A DNA stretch of 64,000 nt from assembly GCF_032444005.1 (NCBI RefSeq), contig NC_091286.1:216752001-216816000 (forward strand). Reading direction: 5' to 3'. This DNA is from Ranitomeya imitator (Eukaryota). The position numbers were made by a program, and so were the translations under genes. Below, piece by piece: positions 48,941 to 60,604 of this stretch. Each line of letters begins with the position of its first letter. Position 1 is the stretch's first letter. The notes below the pieces were generated by a model. The model did no database searches, was not told the DNA's origin, and saw only the letters and a list, made by a program, of their open reading frames with translations.

Positions 48941-49668
48941 TATTATATATATATATATTATTTATTTGCTGCAAATCAAATTTTTAGGAAAATTCATGGT
49001 AAGCGGCCAATTCGAATATCAAAATATTGTCCCATCACTCTTATTTATGACATTTCTAAGAGATTCCAGTGTACAGCCATGAGCATCCATTCAGCAACAA
49101 CACCTATATTTGCATCACTTATGAGTTGGGTATCCATTCATGACCCTGAATGCAACATTTTCTGAAAAGTATCTTTTCTGAAATGGTGCTTAAATTAACT
49201 ACAGGAAACTGAAGCACAATGGGCTAAACCTCAATCCAGAAACCCCCAGTGTGGATTCATCTCAACCATCCCGCTTCCTTTTCAGGAATTTAGCAGACGG
49301 ACTTTTTGCAGGAAATGATGAAATAGAAGACATCTTATCGTTATATGTTATGCAGCAGGATTTAATGTGCTGTTTGCGAGACAGAGCACATTCTTCCTAC
49401 TAACATTGTGACAATGCCGATAATAAATGTACAACAAGGGTGCTGTATAGTAAACTCATAAATGCCAGCTTATTAATGTTTCACATTCACAAAATACATT
49501 TCTCAGGAGCTGGCGCACATCACAGCTAAGCCACAGTAGTACATGTAATATGCGAGGTCATATGCTTACCTTATTAATATATAATGTGTGTATGACAGAA
49601 GATTCATAACTATTACTTGTAGAATAAAGGCAGATACATAATGCACAGTATTATTACTAATGGATTAA

Positions 49669-49997
49669 GGCTACGTTCACATTTGCGTTGTGCGCCACTG
49701 CGTCGGCGACGCAACGCACAACGCAAACAAAAACGCAACAAAACGCATGCAAAAACGCTGCGTTTTGCGACGCATGCGTCGTTTTTTGCCGAAATTTGGA
49801 CGCAAGAAAAATGCAACTTGTTGCGTTTTCTTGGCCCGACGCTTGCGGCAAAAAAAACGCATGCGTCGCACAACGCATCACAAAAAGACGCATGCGTCCC
49901 CCATGTTAAATATAGGGGCGCATGACGCATGCGTCGCCGCTGCGTCGCCCAACGCAAACCCGACGCAAACATGCATAACGCTAATGTGAACGTAGCC
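49669..49997. mobile_element. PIF/Harbinger MITE (GGCTACGTTCAC family)
   Basis: TAA TSDs; TIR GGCTACGTTCACATT / AATGTGAACGTAGCC. Confidence 0.9.
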
Positions 49998-51100
49998 TAA
50001 TTACATAGTAATATAGCACAGATTATAAAACAAGATGTATCTCTTGGGTACACTTCATATGAGTTAAACATCGTATTCTGTGTTTAGTGTTTAGAAGTGA
50101 ATAATTACAGGTTTCACATGCATTTAGTATCGTCATGTCACAGTATAACAAACTTTCCAAGAATGTATGTATAAGTCAATGCAAAATGGGTGAACATATC
50201 ATCAAAGTTCACTCTTTTAAAGACACTAACTAAACTATTCATTTGTTGTATTTGTACAGTATATAGGAGCATAGAAGAAAAAGACAGACATGTGTATAAG
50301 AAAATAAAGTGTCCGCCCTGCTATGTGAATACATTGTTTATACTGCAGGACAATGGCTCCTCTGAGATGCGGAGTGCTGCTCCGAAGGCTACAAAGGAGG
50401 ATAGAATCAATAAACAATTCAATGGTCAGGTTCCTTGTACTGTGCCATGCAGAGTCACCCCTAGATGCCCACCACTATAAGCTCTGCCGGATGGTAAGAG
50501 AACTACTTACTATGTAATGAGCTGCTATTCTCCATCACTATCATTGAGCAGGCTCTCTGGATCCAGTCAGCTTGGACAGCATGCAGAATTATGGGCTATC
50601 CTGGAAACATGAGGTCGGCCCTGTCATGGCTGAGGTGTGCATGTTTCATCCAGATGCATCCTGCCTTACAAAACCCTGACCCTCACTGAACCTTCCTTAG
50701 TGGAATCCATAAAATACAAGTGACTAAACTACTGTAAACGGCTATAAATCATACAAGAGCCAATGACGTATATGAACTAAGAGAAGAGAGCTGGGCACAG
50801 TGGAAAACCCACAGGCTTAACTTCTCAAAAGGAACCCATCATCCATCGGTGGCTGGCCGTTATACTTAAAGAAAAAAATAAACAATGTGCAGCCGCAGAC
50901 AGGTGACTTTACTAAATAACATTACATGAAAAAATGCCCCTAATGTCACCCTACCAACCTGACCAAAATCGGACCTCAATGGATCCCACAACTGTCACTG
51001 GAAAAGAGTGAGATCTCGAGTGTTATCAATGCGTTTAAAGGTATGAAGATGTTACCAATCAGTAGCTTTGTGCATAATGCGGCTGCTTTGCTATAGCTAA

Positions 51101-51458
51101 AGGGGTATTGCCATCTCCAGTATCCCGTCGCAATATGTAGTAGGTGTACCGATAATAATATTAGCAAATACCTCCAATTAAAAATATTGTATAGTTTTTC
51201 TGATTTGCTATGTCTCTTTCCTCATGTGCAGGCATTGCAGGACCTTAGATATTTATGGTTACGACCTCTAGCAACTAGCTAACTGTCAGTATATCAGTGG
51301 TCGTAACCATGGATACCTAAGGTCCTGCAATGCCTGCACATGAGGAAAGAGACATAGGTAATCAGAAACACTATACATTTCTATTTGGAGGTATTTGCCA
51401 ATATTATTAGTACACGTACTACATATTGGAATAGGATCTTGCAGATGGAAATGCCCCT
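51101..51458. mobile_element. Palindromic TTAA-type MITE
   Basis: CTAA|AGGGG ... CCCCT|TTAA; ~170-bp inverted arms. Confidence 0.82.
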
Positions 51459-52274
51459 TTAAATATGAGTGTGTCAGGGAGGGATGTAAGATCTCACTCT
51501 GCATGCCAAAATCTCCTTTAGGGTCCTTTAAGGAAGCATTAAGGGCACTCTTGAGCACAACGTTATTACGCAAAACCACCAGTCTGAGGCTGCACACTCT
51601 TTTCTCAACTAAAAAAGGCAGCATTGGTGCTCCTTAAAGAGAATCGTTCAAGAAGATCAAGCCCACAAACCACATACTGTATATGGATATGCACATCTTT
51701 TTGAAATATAAATCCATCAACATCTTTATATCTTCTATATGTTGCTGAATTCCAGAGAAATTAGAGCTTCCATTCATATGTAAATTAAGAGCTAAGTGCT
51801 CTGGGTTTAAAAAGTGTCAGCCTATTGAAATTGTTTCCCATCTAGCACCAGCCTCTTTAGCTTGATTGATAGCTCAGTGTCCAATTTCATTGCTTGACAC
51901 CTAATGTCACACAGACAGTGAGCCATTACTCAAGCCAAAGAGGCTGGTGTGGGCGAAAAAACAACCTCCATAGGCAGAGGCTTGTTAAGTGCTCTGTCAT
52001 GCCCAGAGCACTTAATGCATTATTTGTATTTACCATAAATGTAAACGGAAATTTGTGAATACAGAAACAAATAGAAAAATAGAAATATGTTGATGGATTT
52101 AGCTTTCAAAGACCGGCATGCCCATATATGCGGTTTGGGGTGTGAAGGTTGATCTTACTGATAAATTCCTGTTAAGCAAGCCTACAAATTGGACTTATCT
52201 AAAGTAGCACTCAAGTCACATGCATATGATAAGAATGGTATATGAATCCCCATAAACCTCAAGAAAAGGAGTAA

Positions 52275-52725
52275 AGGTACCATCATACTCAGCGACGCTG
52301 CAGCGATATAGACAACGAGCCGACCTAAACTAGATCGCTGGAGCGTCGCTGTTTAGGTCGCTGTAGAGACGTCAAACACAGCAACTCCAGAACGATGCAG
52401 GAGCGATACAGTGACGTAACGGCGACTCACTTCTCGTTCTCGCTGGTTGTTAGCTCCATGTCAAACAGCCGGAGTGTACCGATCCGACACACATCTAGGG
52501 GCCCTATGCTCGTTGCTGGTGTCGTTGCTTTTGATGTCAAACATGACGAATCACGCCGACCTGGCGACGAAATAAAGTTCTGGACTTCTAGCTCCGTCCA
52601 GCGATGGCACAGCGGGATCCAGATCGCTGCTGCGTGTCAAACACAACGAGATCGCTATCCAGGACGCTGCAACGTCACGGATTGTTGTCGTTCTCTTTGC
52701 AAATTTGCTGAGTGTGACGGTACCT
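52275..52725. mobile_element. PIF/Harbinger MITE (GGTACC family, lacking the central palindrome)
   Basis: AGGTACC TIRs; TAA TSDs. Confidence 0.85.
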
Positions 52726-53689
52726 TAAATCCTATGATTACACTTATAAATTTACCTATAACTGCCTCTTCCACTTGTACAAACACTGTTCTCTGATATG
52801 TGGATAACTTCTAGATACTTAAAATACATTTTTCCTATCTGTTATATTATTTCTTTAGTCTCTTTATGATATATGAACCTGTAATAGTTGAATATCTAGA
52901 TCTATAAAGTGCAACATTTTGGTATTATATTATACAGAAGAAATGAGAATCTCATATGATGCCTAATTGGAGTAAAAAGATGAAAGTTATGGGGCGTTCA
53001 ATGGGCCCCCGGCTGCCATTGCAACCTATCCGGCCACCATTATCACGTTAGTGCAGAACATTCGCACTAAGCGCCAATATCAGAGACTGACAGTGGAATT
53101 TAAGTGGTTAAGCAGCAGCTATTGGAGCTAGCTCAGATCGCTGCTGTTAGAGACAAGCGCCTTCTGTATAATATTGCTGGCGTGCACCATGTATAGAGCA
53201 AGCTCAGGAACATGCACCCGCCATATGACATCATGTATGTCACACATTTGGAAGGGGTTGAATTTAATATTTTTGGAGTCCAGCTCTAGATTCAAAAAAT
53301 GCTTGTTACAATATTAGAAGTACACCAGTATTTTAATTATTTTTGATACATTATGGGTCCATAACATCACTTTTTTCATAATGGAGGATAGGCTGAGTTC
53401 TCTTACTTCTTGGTTCGCTGATCGGTTTGGGTTTCAGGACCCCCCACTAATCAACACTACTGAACAGTGGCTTTAGTATACCAAATTAAGGTTTCATTTT
53501 TAGATAATCTTAAAAAATTACAAATACATATAAAATCAAGAACAAATTATGTATTCGGGAAAGCTTTGTGGAGTAGTAACATACTGCTGCAATGGAACAG
53601 CTGATAATAGCAGAAGGCCTCCACAGCACGGAATGGGAACCTATAGCACTAAATACTGAATTCAAATCACGATTGTAAGTGGCAGTTAT

Positions 53690-53885
53690 ATGCAAGAGAG
53701 GCAGGTCTAGCAATTATGCAAACTTATGCCAGAGAGGCAGGTCTAGCAATTATGGCAAACTTATATGCAAGAGAGGCAGGTCTAGCAATTATGGCAAATG
53801 TGGCAAGAATCAAAGCAAATGTGGTAGACGTGGTGAGAGTCATAGCAAATGCGGCAAGAATCAAATCAAATGTGGCACAAGTGGT
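53690..53885. repeat. Local tandem repeats (~34-36-bp unit x3 plus shorter units)
   Basis: GCAAGAGAGGCAGGTCTAGCAATTATG repeated three times; AAATGTGGCAAGAATCAAA-like repeats follow. Confidence 0.8.
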
Positions 53886-55374
53886 AAGATATAGAGCATT
53901 GTTGCTCAATAAGAGTTAGCTGGGCATAGTCGCTGCAGAAATCAAGTATACGAGACAAAAATTATTTTTGCTTGATACCAGGTACAATAACGTACTCTTC
54001 CTACTAAAATGGATGATGCAGAAAGTTGAATATTTGCCATTATAATTACCGTACACATTTTTGCCTTGATTTTTAATGCTGTGTATGAGTCCAGCGGAAA
54101 AGAATGCTCCATGTTCCAAACGTTCTGCAATTTGACTGGAGCCCTTTGTGTTGCGGTTCTTGTGGGTCTTTGAGTAATTCCCAATTCTTCTGACGTCCTG
54201 AGCTTCTGTAGTGTGATTGTCAGAAGAACAGAGCTGCGGCTTGATAAGACAGACATGACTGGAATAAAAGATTCTCTCTACATGTGGAAGCATTTAATCA
54301 GGCAAGCTTCAATTATTTTTATCAAGTAAGGGAGAGAAGCAATCCCCTCTGCTCTCATAAATCTGTTTAACACTTTTCCAAGCATTCATACAGAATGCCA
54401 ATTTAGGCGTACAGGGGGAGCAGCGAACAGGCAGACATTTGGAGGCAGAGTGGATCTGAACAAGTCAGAAAACCTATCCATGTTCACCTGATAACGGAAA
54501 ACTTTATATGGAAAAATATTATCTAATTAAATAAGCGGATTCATTATGCATATGTGCCCTTGAGCGGCAGCGCCCCAGGAAATGGCACTGGTCTGAATCC
54601 CCATGTAATTAGTGAGAAAAGCTGGACTGTGTAGGAAAATATCCAGTAGTTTTGACCTCAGAAGTGTATTCTAGTCACTGTAATCACAGTTAATACCGCA
54701 GTCAGAGCACGAATATTGATTTTTGCTGAATGATGCCAGGCTTGACTGATACCCCATAATATCCATCCATTAAAATTATCGATATTGGCAACATAATTAG
54801 TAAATTAAAATTTCGCCCATACTGACATTTCCGACAAGCCAAGTGCACACCTCTTTCATTGATATTGTCATCTTGATGGAAATGGCCGTCAGATCACGGA
54901 TACATGACGGAGCGTTCGCCATTGGTGTGGAAAGTTACCTTAAACTAATAAGTGACAGCCATGATAAGCAAATGGCAGGAACACTGAAAAATGCTATCCC
55001 CAAAACCTTTCTAAAAATGTATGCAGTGTAGAGGAGGTGTCACCAGGTTTTTCCCATTTCACCACCATTCAGGCTCATGTGACAGCATTCTAACATGCTG
55101 TATATATGACTCTGGAAGGCAAAAAAAAACCCACCTTTTACAATACTCAACCAGGGGGCGGTAATGTCCAATGGGTATCGCTGGTCTTCATCCTGCACCT
55201 CCTCTCTTCTTGCGATACTGTTCTCATCTGCTTTTTACAGTACCAGCAAAAGATCTGAGATCTCAGAAATCTCATGCACAAATTTATTTATTTTTTTTCC
55301 TTACTGAGTTGGAAAACTGCTGCGCTTTTCAGAACTGCATTGCGTGACTTCTTTCAGCAATTTTTAACCTTAGA

Positions 55375-57022
55375 AAGGATCTCCTCACACCTTTCCAACT
55401 GCACATTCAGAAGCTCCCATTCCCACTCTACCTCCTCATCCCGCACTCCCTCTGTTGGATTCCTTCAAGGCTCTGTCATAGGACCCCTACTCTTCTCAAT
55501 CTATACCCTTGGCCTGGGGCAACTCATAAAGTCCCATGGCTTTCAGTACCACCTATATGCTGATGACACGCAGATCTACATCTCTGGCCCAGACATGACC
55601 TCTCTGCAGTCCAGAATCCTGGAGTGTCTTTTAGACATGTCCTCGTTCTTCTCCTCTCGCTTCCTCAAACTCAATGTGGACAAATCTGAACTCATCATCT
55701 TTCCTCCATCTCACGTATCTTTCTTATCTGATCCATCACAATAAATGACATAACGCTACTCCCCCCCCCCCCCCCTCTTCCCGGAATAGAAATCCGCGGC
55801 CTCGGAGTAAACCTTACCTCTGCCCTGTCCTTCAAACCTCTTTCCGCCTCCTGTAGACTTTAGCTCAAAAATAGTTTCTGGATCCGTTTCTGGATCCGTC
55901 CTTTCCTAACCCCTCAACCTACTAAAATGCTTGTGAATGCCATCATCATCTCCTGCCTCGACTACTGCAACATGATTTTCTGTGGCCTCCCTGCCAACAC
56001 TCTTGCACTTCTCCAGTCCATCCTTTACTCTGCTGTCCGACTAATTCATCTCTCTCCTCTCTACTCCTCAGCGTCTCCTCTTTGCAAATCTCTTCAATGG
56101 CTCCCAATTCCTCAGCATATCCATTTCAAATTACTAATACAGACCTTACTAACACTGACCTAATGATGTACAATAACAAATTATATTGTGGTACCGTGTT
56201 AGCCAGAAAAATCGATGTGAATACTTTTCTGCCCAATGATGACAAAAGTATTCTCGGAATGATATCTTTATTGGCAAACCAGAAAATAATATGTTTGCAA
56301 GCTTTCAGAGCACAGAGGCTCCTTCTTCAGGCAGACTACAATCTATTTGTAATCATGCCTGAAGAAGGAGCCTTTGTGCTCTTAAAGCTTGCAAACATAT
56401 TATTTTCTGGTTAGCCAATAAAGGTATCACTCAGAGAATACTTTTGTCATCATTGGGCAGAAAAGTATTCACATTAATACTGACCTACAAAGCCATCCAT
56501 AACATGTCTCTTCCATATAGCTCTGAACTAATCTCCCGATAGCTTTTCTCACGTAATCTCCGCTTCTCTCACGTAATCTCCGGTCCTCCTAAGACCTCTT
56601 TCTCGCCTCCACACTTATTCGTTCCTCACCCTATCACCTCCAAGACTTCTCACGAATATCCACATCCTGTGGAATTCTTTGCCCCAACACGTCCGACTAT
56701 CAACCACATATGGCTTCTTTAGATGGAACTTGAAAACCCACCTCTTCAAGAAAGCTTACAACCTGCAATGACCCTGCTGCCTCCTCACCACTACCGGAGC
56801 TACCGCTTCACCATCACCGGAGCTACTGCAACCCTCAACCTACTGTCTCCTTCCCCACCATCCTGTAGAATGTAAGCCCGCAAGGGCAGGGTCCTCACCC
56901 CTCTGTATCAGTCTGTAATTGTTAGTTTGTTTACTGTAAGTGATATCTGTAATTTGTATGTAACCCCTTCTCATGTACAGCACCATGGAATCAATGGTGC
57001 TATATAAATAAATAATAATAAT
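55375..57022 (+). mobile_element. 5'-truncated degenerate L2-clade LINE
   Basis: RT relic GFLQGSVIGPLLFSIY...HLYADDTQIY; SCLDYCN...; 3' motif TAGAATGTAAGCCCGCAAGGGCAGGGTCC; (AAT)n tail. Confidence 0.9.
56163..56474 (-). mobile_element. Fold-back mini-element with paired hammerhead-like motifs, inserted in the L2
   Basis: 119-bp inverted arms (56215-56333, 56356-56474); 13-bp TSD TAA(C/T)ACTGACCTA; tail GGTACCGTGTTAGCCAG. Confidence 0.75.
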
Positions 57023-57189
57023 GAGGAAATGCAAAAGCATTGCAAAAAAAGTATTAAAAAAGCTGAAAAATTAGCTTATTCTAAGCAGCGTCTCTACTGC
57101 CAAGAGAGTATGTTTTGCCTGCAGATAAAAAAGCAGCAAAAAATCAATGAGTAAACATAGCCTTAATATGTGTGCTGTGTACTGTATAA

Positions 57190-57507
57190 GGCTACGTTCA
57201 GACTAGCGTTGTGCTAGTGTGCGTCGGGCGACGCAGCGGCGACGCACGCGTCATGCGCCCCTATGTTTAACATGGGGGACGCATGCGTTTTTGTTTGTTG
57301 CGTTTTGCGACGCATGCGTCTTTTTTGCCGCAAGCGTCGGACCAAGAAAACGCAACAAGTTGCATTTTTCTTGCGTCCGATTTTCGGCAAAAAACGACGC
57401 ACGCGTCGCAAAACGCAGCGTTTTTGTGTGCGTTTTGCCGCGTTTTTGCGTGCGTTGTGCGTTGCGTCGCCGACGCAGCGGCGCACAACGCTAGTCTGAA
57501 CGTAGCC
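57190..57507. mobile_element. PIF/Harbinger MITE (GGCTACGTTCA family)
   Basis: TAA TSDs; TIR GGCTACGTTCAGACTAGCG. Confidence 0.9.
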
Positions 57508-58361
57508 TAAGTGCAATCAAATATTCACCAGTCGCCATCTCAGGTGCACTGCACCACACCAGTTCTCTTTTTACTCAATTCCAACTCAATGGTTCACACT
57601 GGGGTTTAAGTCTGAGTCGGAAGTGGAGCATAAGTGGAGCAAATGTAAATATATGGAGCATCAGAAATAGGCTCCAAAAGCTTACATTGTAATAGCAATT
57701 GCCGGCTCACCCATAAACCAGTGTGATCTCTCGGGAGTCAGGCTTGCAGTCACGGTGAGGACCAGAGTGGTGCTGGTAACCCATGAAGACAAAGATTGGT
57801 GAGTATTTGATGGCACTGACAGTACACAGCACTCTACAGAAACTACAAGAAAGAGGTCTGTGAACTGCAAGTCACTCCTGAGCTACATGGTGGCTGTATA
57901 TAGTACAAAGCATTGCACATAAATAGCTTTACTGGAAGAAGTACAAACAATGAAGGGCAAATGACATTATACAGCCTAGGGCGTTTCTTGCTGTGTCAAG
58001 AAAGGGTTAAAGTTCACAAAGTTCCACCTATTATTCAAGGCAGGAAATGTGCCTGCAGAGGAAACACATTCATAAATTTTAGGGAAGGGATACGGCCTTG
58101 GCCAGCTGCTGCAAGGCTAGAAACAACATCTTCAAACCAACGAGGAGCAAGGAAGACATCCAAGAGAGATTTACCTCCTTTTTCAAGGAATCTATTTAGG
58201 CCCTGGTGCCACGTGCAAATAAACTGAATTTTTTTACCTGCTGGGTTCTTTTTGCAGGTGTGGACACTTAATACAAAATAGCAATCTGCAGGTTTTTTAA
58301 TGCGTTTTGGTGCAGATTTGAAGCAGCATTGTTGCACTGGATGTCTTAGTGATAAAACCCT

Positions 58362-58487
58362 TAGAATTGAGAGTCCTCAGTGGTTGATACCTTTTAATGG
58401 CTAACTGAAAAGATGGTAATAAATTGCAAGCTTTCGAGACTACATACGTCTACTGGCTAACACGGTACCAAGATATATTTCTTTCCT
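58362..58487 (+). mobile_element. Internally deleted hammerhead mini-element
   Basis: 13-bp TSD GTGATAAAACCCT (58349-61, 58488-500); arm start joined to tail TACTGGCTAACACGGTACC. Confidence 0.7.
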
Positions 58488-58621
58488 GTGATAAAACCCT
58501 GAGATTCTGCCCTTAAAAAAGCAACTGCCTTTATTATACACATTTTAAGTTTTTTCAAAAATTGAACAGTTCAACTGCATTATTAAGCACACAATGGGTT
58601 TGAGTTTTCTTGAAGGCACAG

Positions 58622-58746
58622 AAAAATATTTAAAATTGAGAGTCCTCAGTGGTTGATGCCTTTTAATGGCTAACTGAAAAGATGGTAACAAATTGCAAGC
58701 TTTCGAGACTACTCAGGTCTCTTCATCAGGCACAGACTAAAGACTA
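58622..58746. mobile_element. 125-bp mini-element carrying one intact hammerhead motif
   Basis: 14-bp TSD TCTTGAAGGCACAG (58608-21, 58747-60). Confidence 0.75.
58694..58732 (-). ncRNA. Minimal hammerhead motif
   Basis: UGC-CUGAUGA-A-GAGAC CUGAGUA GUCUC-GAAAG CUU-GCA; palindromic AGCU stem III. Confidence 0.65.
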
Positions 58747-58765
58747 TCTTGAAGGCACAGCTATT

Positions 58766-59240
58766 TGACCCCATGTCTTGGCTAATTTTACACTATCTCT
58801 TGGCTAATTTGATACTATCTCTTGACTAAATTGACCCCATCTCTTGGCTAATTTTACCTCATCTCTTGGCTAATTTGACCCCATCTCTTGGCTAATTTGA
58901 CACCATCTCTTGGCTATTTTTATACCATCTCTTGGCTATTTTTACATCATCTCTTGGCTAATTTTACACCATCTCTTGGCTAATTTTACACCATCTTTTG
59001 GTTAATTTTATACCATATATTGACGAATTTTACACTATAGGCAGCACGGTGGCTCAGTGGAGAGCAGCCTGATATAAAATAAAGATTATAAAAATCTATA
59101 TAAAAATTAAGATTATTATTATTGGCTAGTTTTACACCATCTCTTGGCCAATTTTACACTATCTCTTTGCTAATTTTACACCATCGTTTGGCGAGTTTGA
59201 CACCATCTCTTGGATAATTTTACACCATCTCTTGGTTGAC
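58766..59240. repeat. ~20-bp minisatellite (CATCTCTTGGCTAATTTTACAC)
   Basis: About 18 degenerate units, interrupted at ~59039-59125. Confidence 0.9.
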
Positions 59241-59888
59241 GTTTTAGACCAATTTTTTAACACACAATAAATAGGTCCAAAACTAAAGTAGCAAATTCCT
59301 AGGAATATTGGCTTTTAATCTTCTGGGATCTGGCCAGAGAGTATAAACAGTAATACAATATTCTTGGAACATAAAGATGTTCAAGATAAAATTCCCTGTG
59401 TTAATACAGTATTAGTAGAATATGATACAATCAAGGAGACAAATAGGAAGGCTATACGGCTCAATGACAACAGAACACTATCCCATTCTCCCAGAGCCAA
59501 GAAGTGGCAAACTGACAAGAGAAATATCAGATACTGGCCTCATGGAGCTGTACGGCTGATGAAATCATATACCGTATATAGAAACGAAAACCTTCATAAG
59601 CCTCCATATGATATGAAAGACATAACTGTGTCCTATGGAAATCAATGGGTGCAGTACTACCTAAAGGTTGAACAGAGCTATGATGTTCTACATTTAGTTC
59701 AAGTTATTCCTTTACTCATATGAACCCACCATTTCTAAGACAAATTATGTGCTGTATTCATAATTTTTGGACATTAACCACTACAAGAAAAATCTATACA
59801 TCTAAGCCACAAATTAACATTTTGCAATCACCTTACAAAAAGCTCTATAATCTTACTGGTGGGTCAAAAAACTTCCAATACAAACTGA

Positions 59889-60421
59889 AAAATACTACAA
59901 TTTGAGAGTCCTCAGAGGTAATATTACAATTTGAGAGTCCTCAGAGGTTGATACCTTTCAATAACTATCTGAAAAGATGGTAACAAATATCAAACTTTCA
60001 AGACTACTCAAGTCTCTTCATAAGGGCTCATACTCACTTGCGCGAAACTCGGATGATTCTCGCATGGCAATACCCGGCACTGCACCTGGCACAGAGGAGC
60101 GGAGCGTGTGTCTGCATGTATTCCTATGCGGCCGCACGCTAAGATCTGAGAGTCAGCAGCAGCGCCGGGTATTGCCGTGCGAGACTCATCCAAGTTTTGC
60201 GCAAGTGAGTATGGGCCCTTAGGCACAGTATAACACAAAATCTGTGATATAAAGTACTCGTATGCCTGATGAAGAGACTCGAGTAGCCTCGAAAGCTTGC
60301 TATTTGATACCATCTTTACAGATAGTTATTAAAAGTTATCAACCATTGAGGATTCTTAAATTTTAATATTTTTCTATCTACTGACTAACAAGGTACAAAG
60401 ATATATTTTTCATGTATCAAG
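59889..60421 (+). mobile_element. Fold-back hammerhead mini-element interrupted by a MITE
   Basis: Left arm homologous to 58630-58732; inverted right arm 60263-60365 with CUGAUGA...GAAAGCUU; tail TACTGACTAACAAGGTAC; possible 8-bp TSD ACAAACTG. Confidence 0.7.
60024..60218. mobile_element. Short PIF/Harbinger MITE
   Basis: GGGCTCATACTCACTTGCGC ... GCGCAAGTGAGTATGGGCCC; flanks TAA/TTA. Confidence 0.85.
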
Positions 60422-60604
60422 ACAAACTGGTTACAAAATGGATGTCAAGAATCCTGATGGTTCAGCTGTAGACTAGCTAGTTTTCATGATAATTATTGTC
60501 TGTTTAATCTGTCAGGAGTGCTCTAAGTCTGATCCAGCACAGTTATGTCAAATGCTACCCATCCGAAGGACAGAATTTCACTTTACACATGAAGTTGAAC
60601 TTAA

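Noticed and set aside
49613-49989. Clusters of short ORFs in the MITEs (also 517-817, 57214-57516, 60555-60879)
   Set aside because: Low-complexity palindromic MITE sequence lacking stops; non-coding
53916-54293. Two overlapping minus-strand ORFs (125 and 104 aa)
   Set aside because: No recognisable domain and only a weak donor; cannot be supported as coding
59544-59605. CTGATGA ... GAAAC hammerhead-like spacing
   Set aside because: No proper stem II closure next to the core and no stem I/III partner after a cleavage triplet; likely chance
59364-59723. 119-aa plus-strand ORF starting at TTG
   Set aside because: No ATG, no motif and no convincing splice signals
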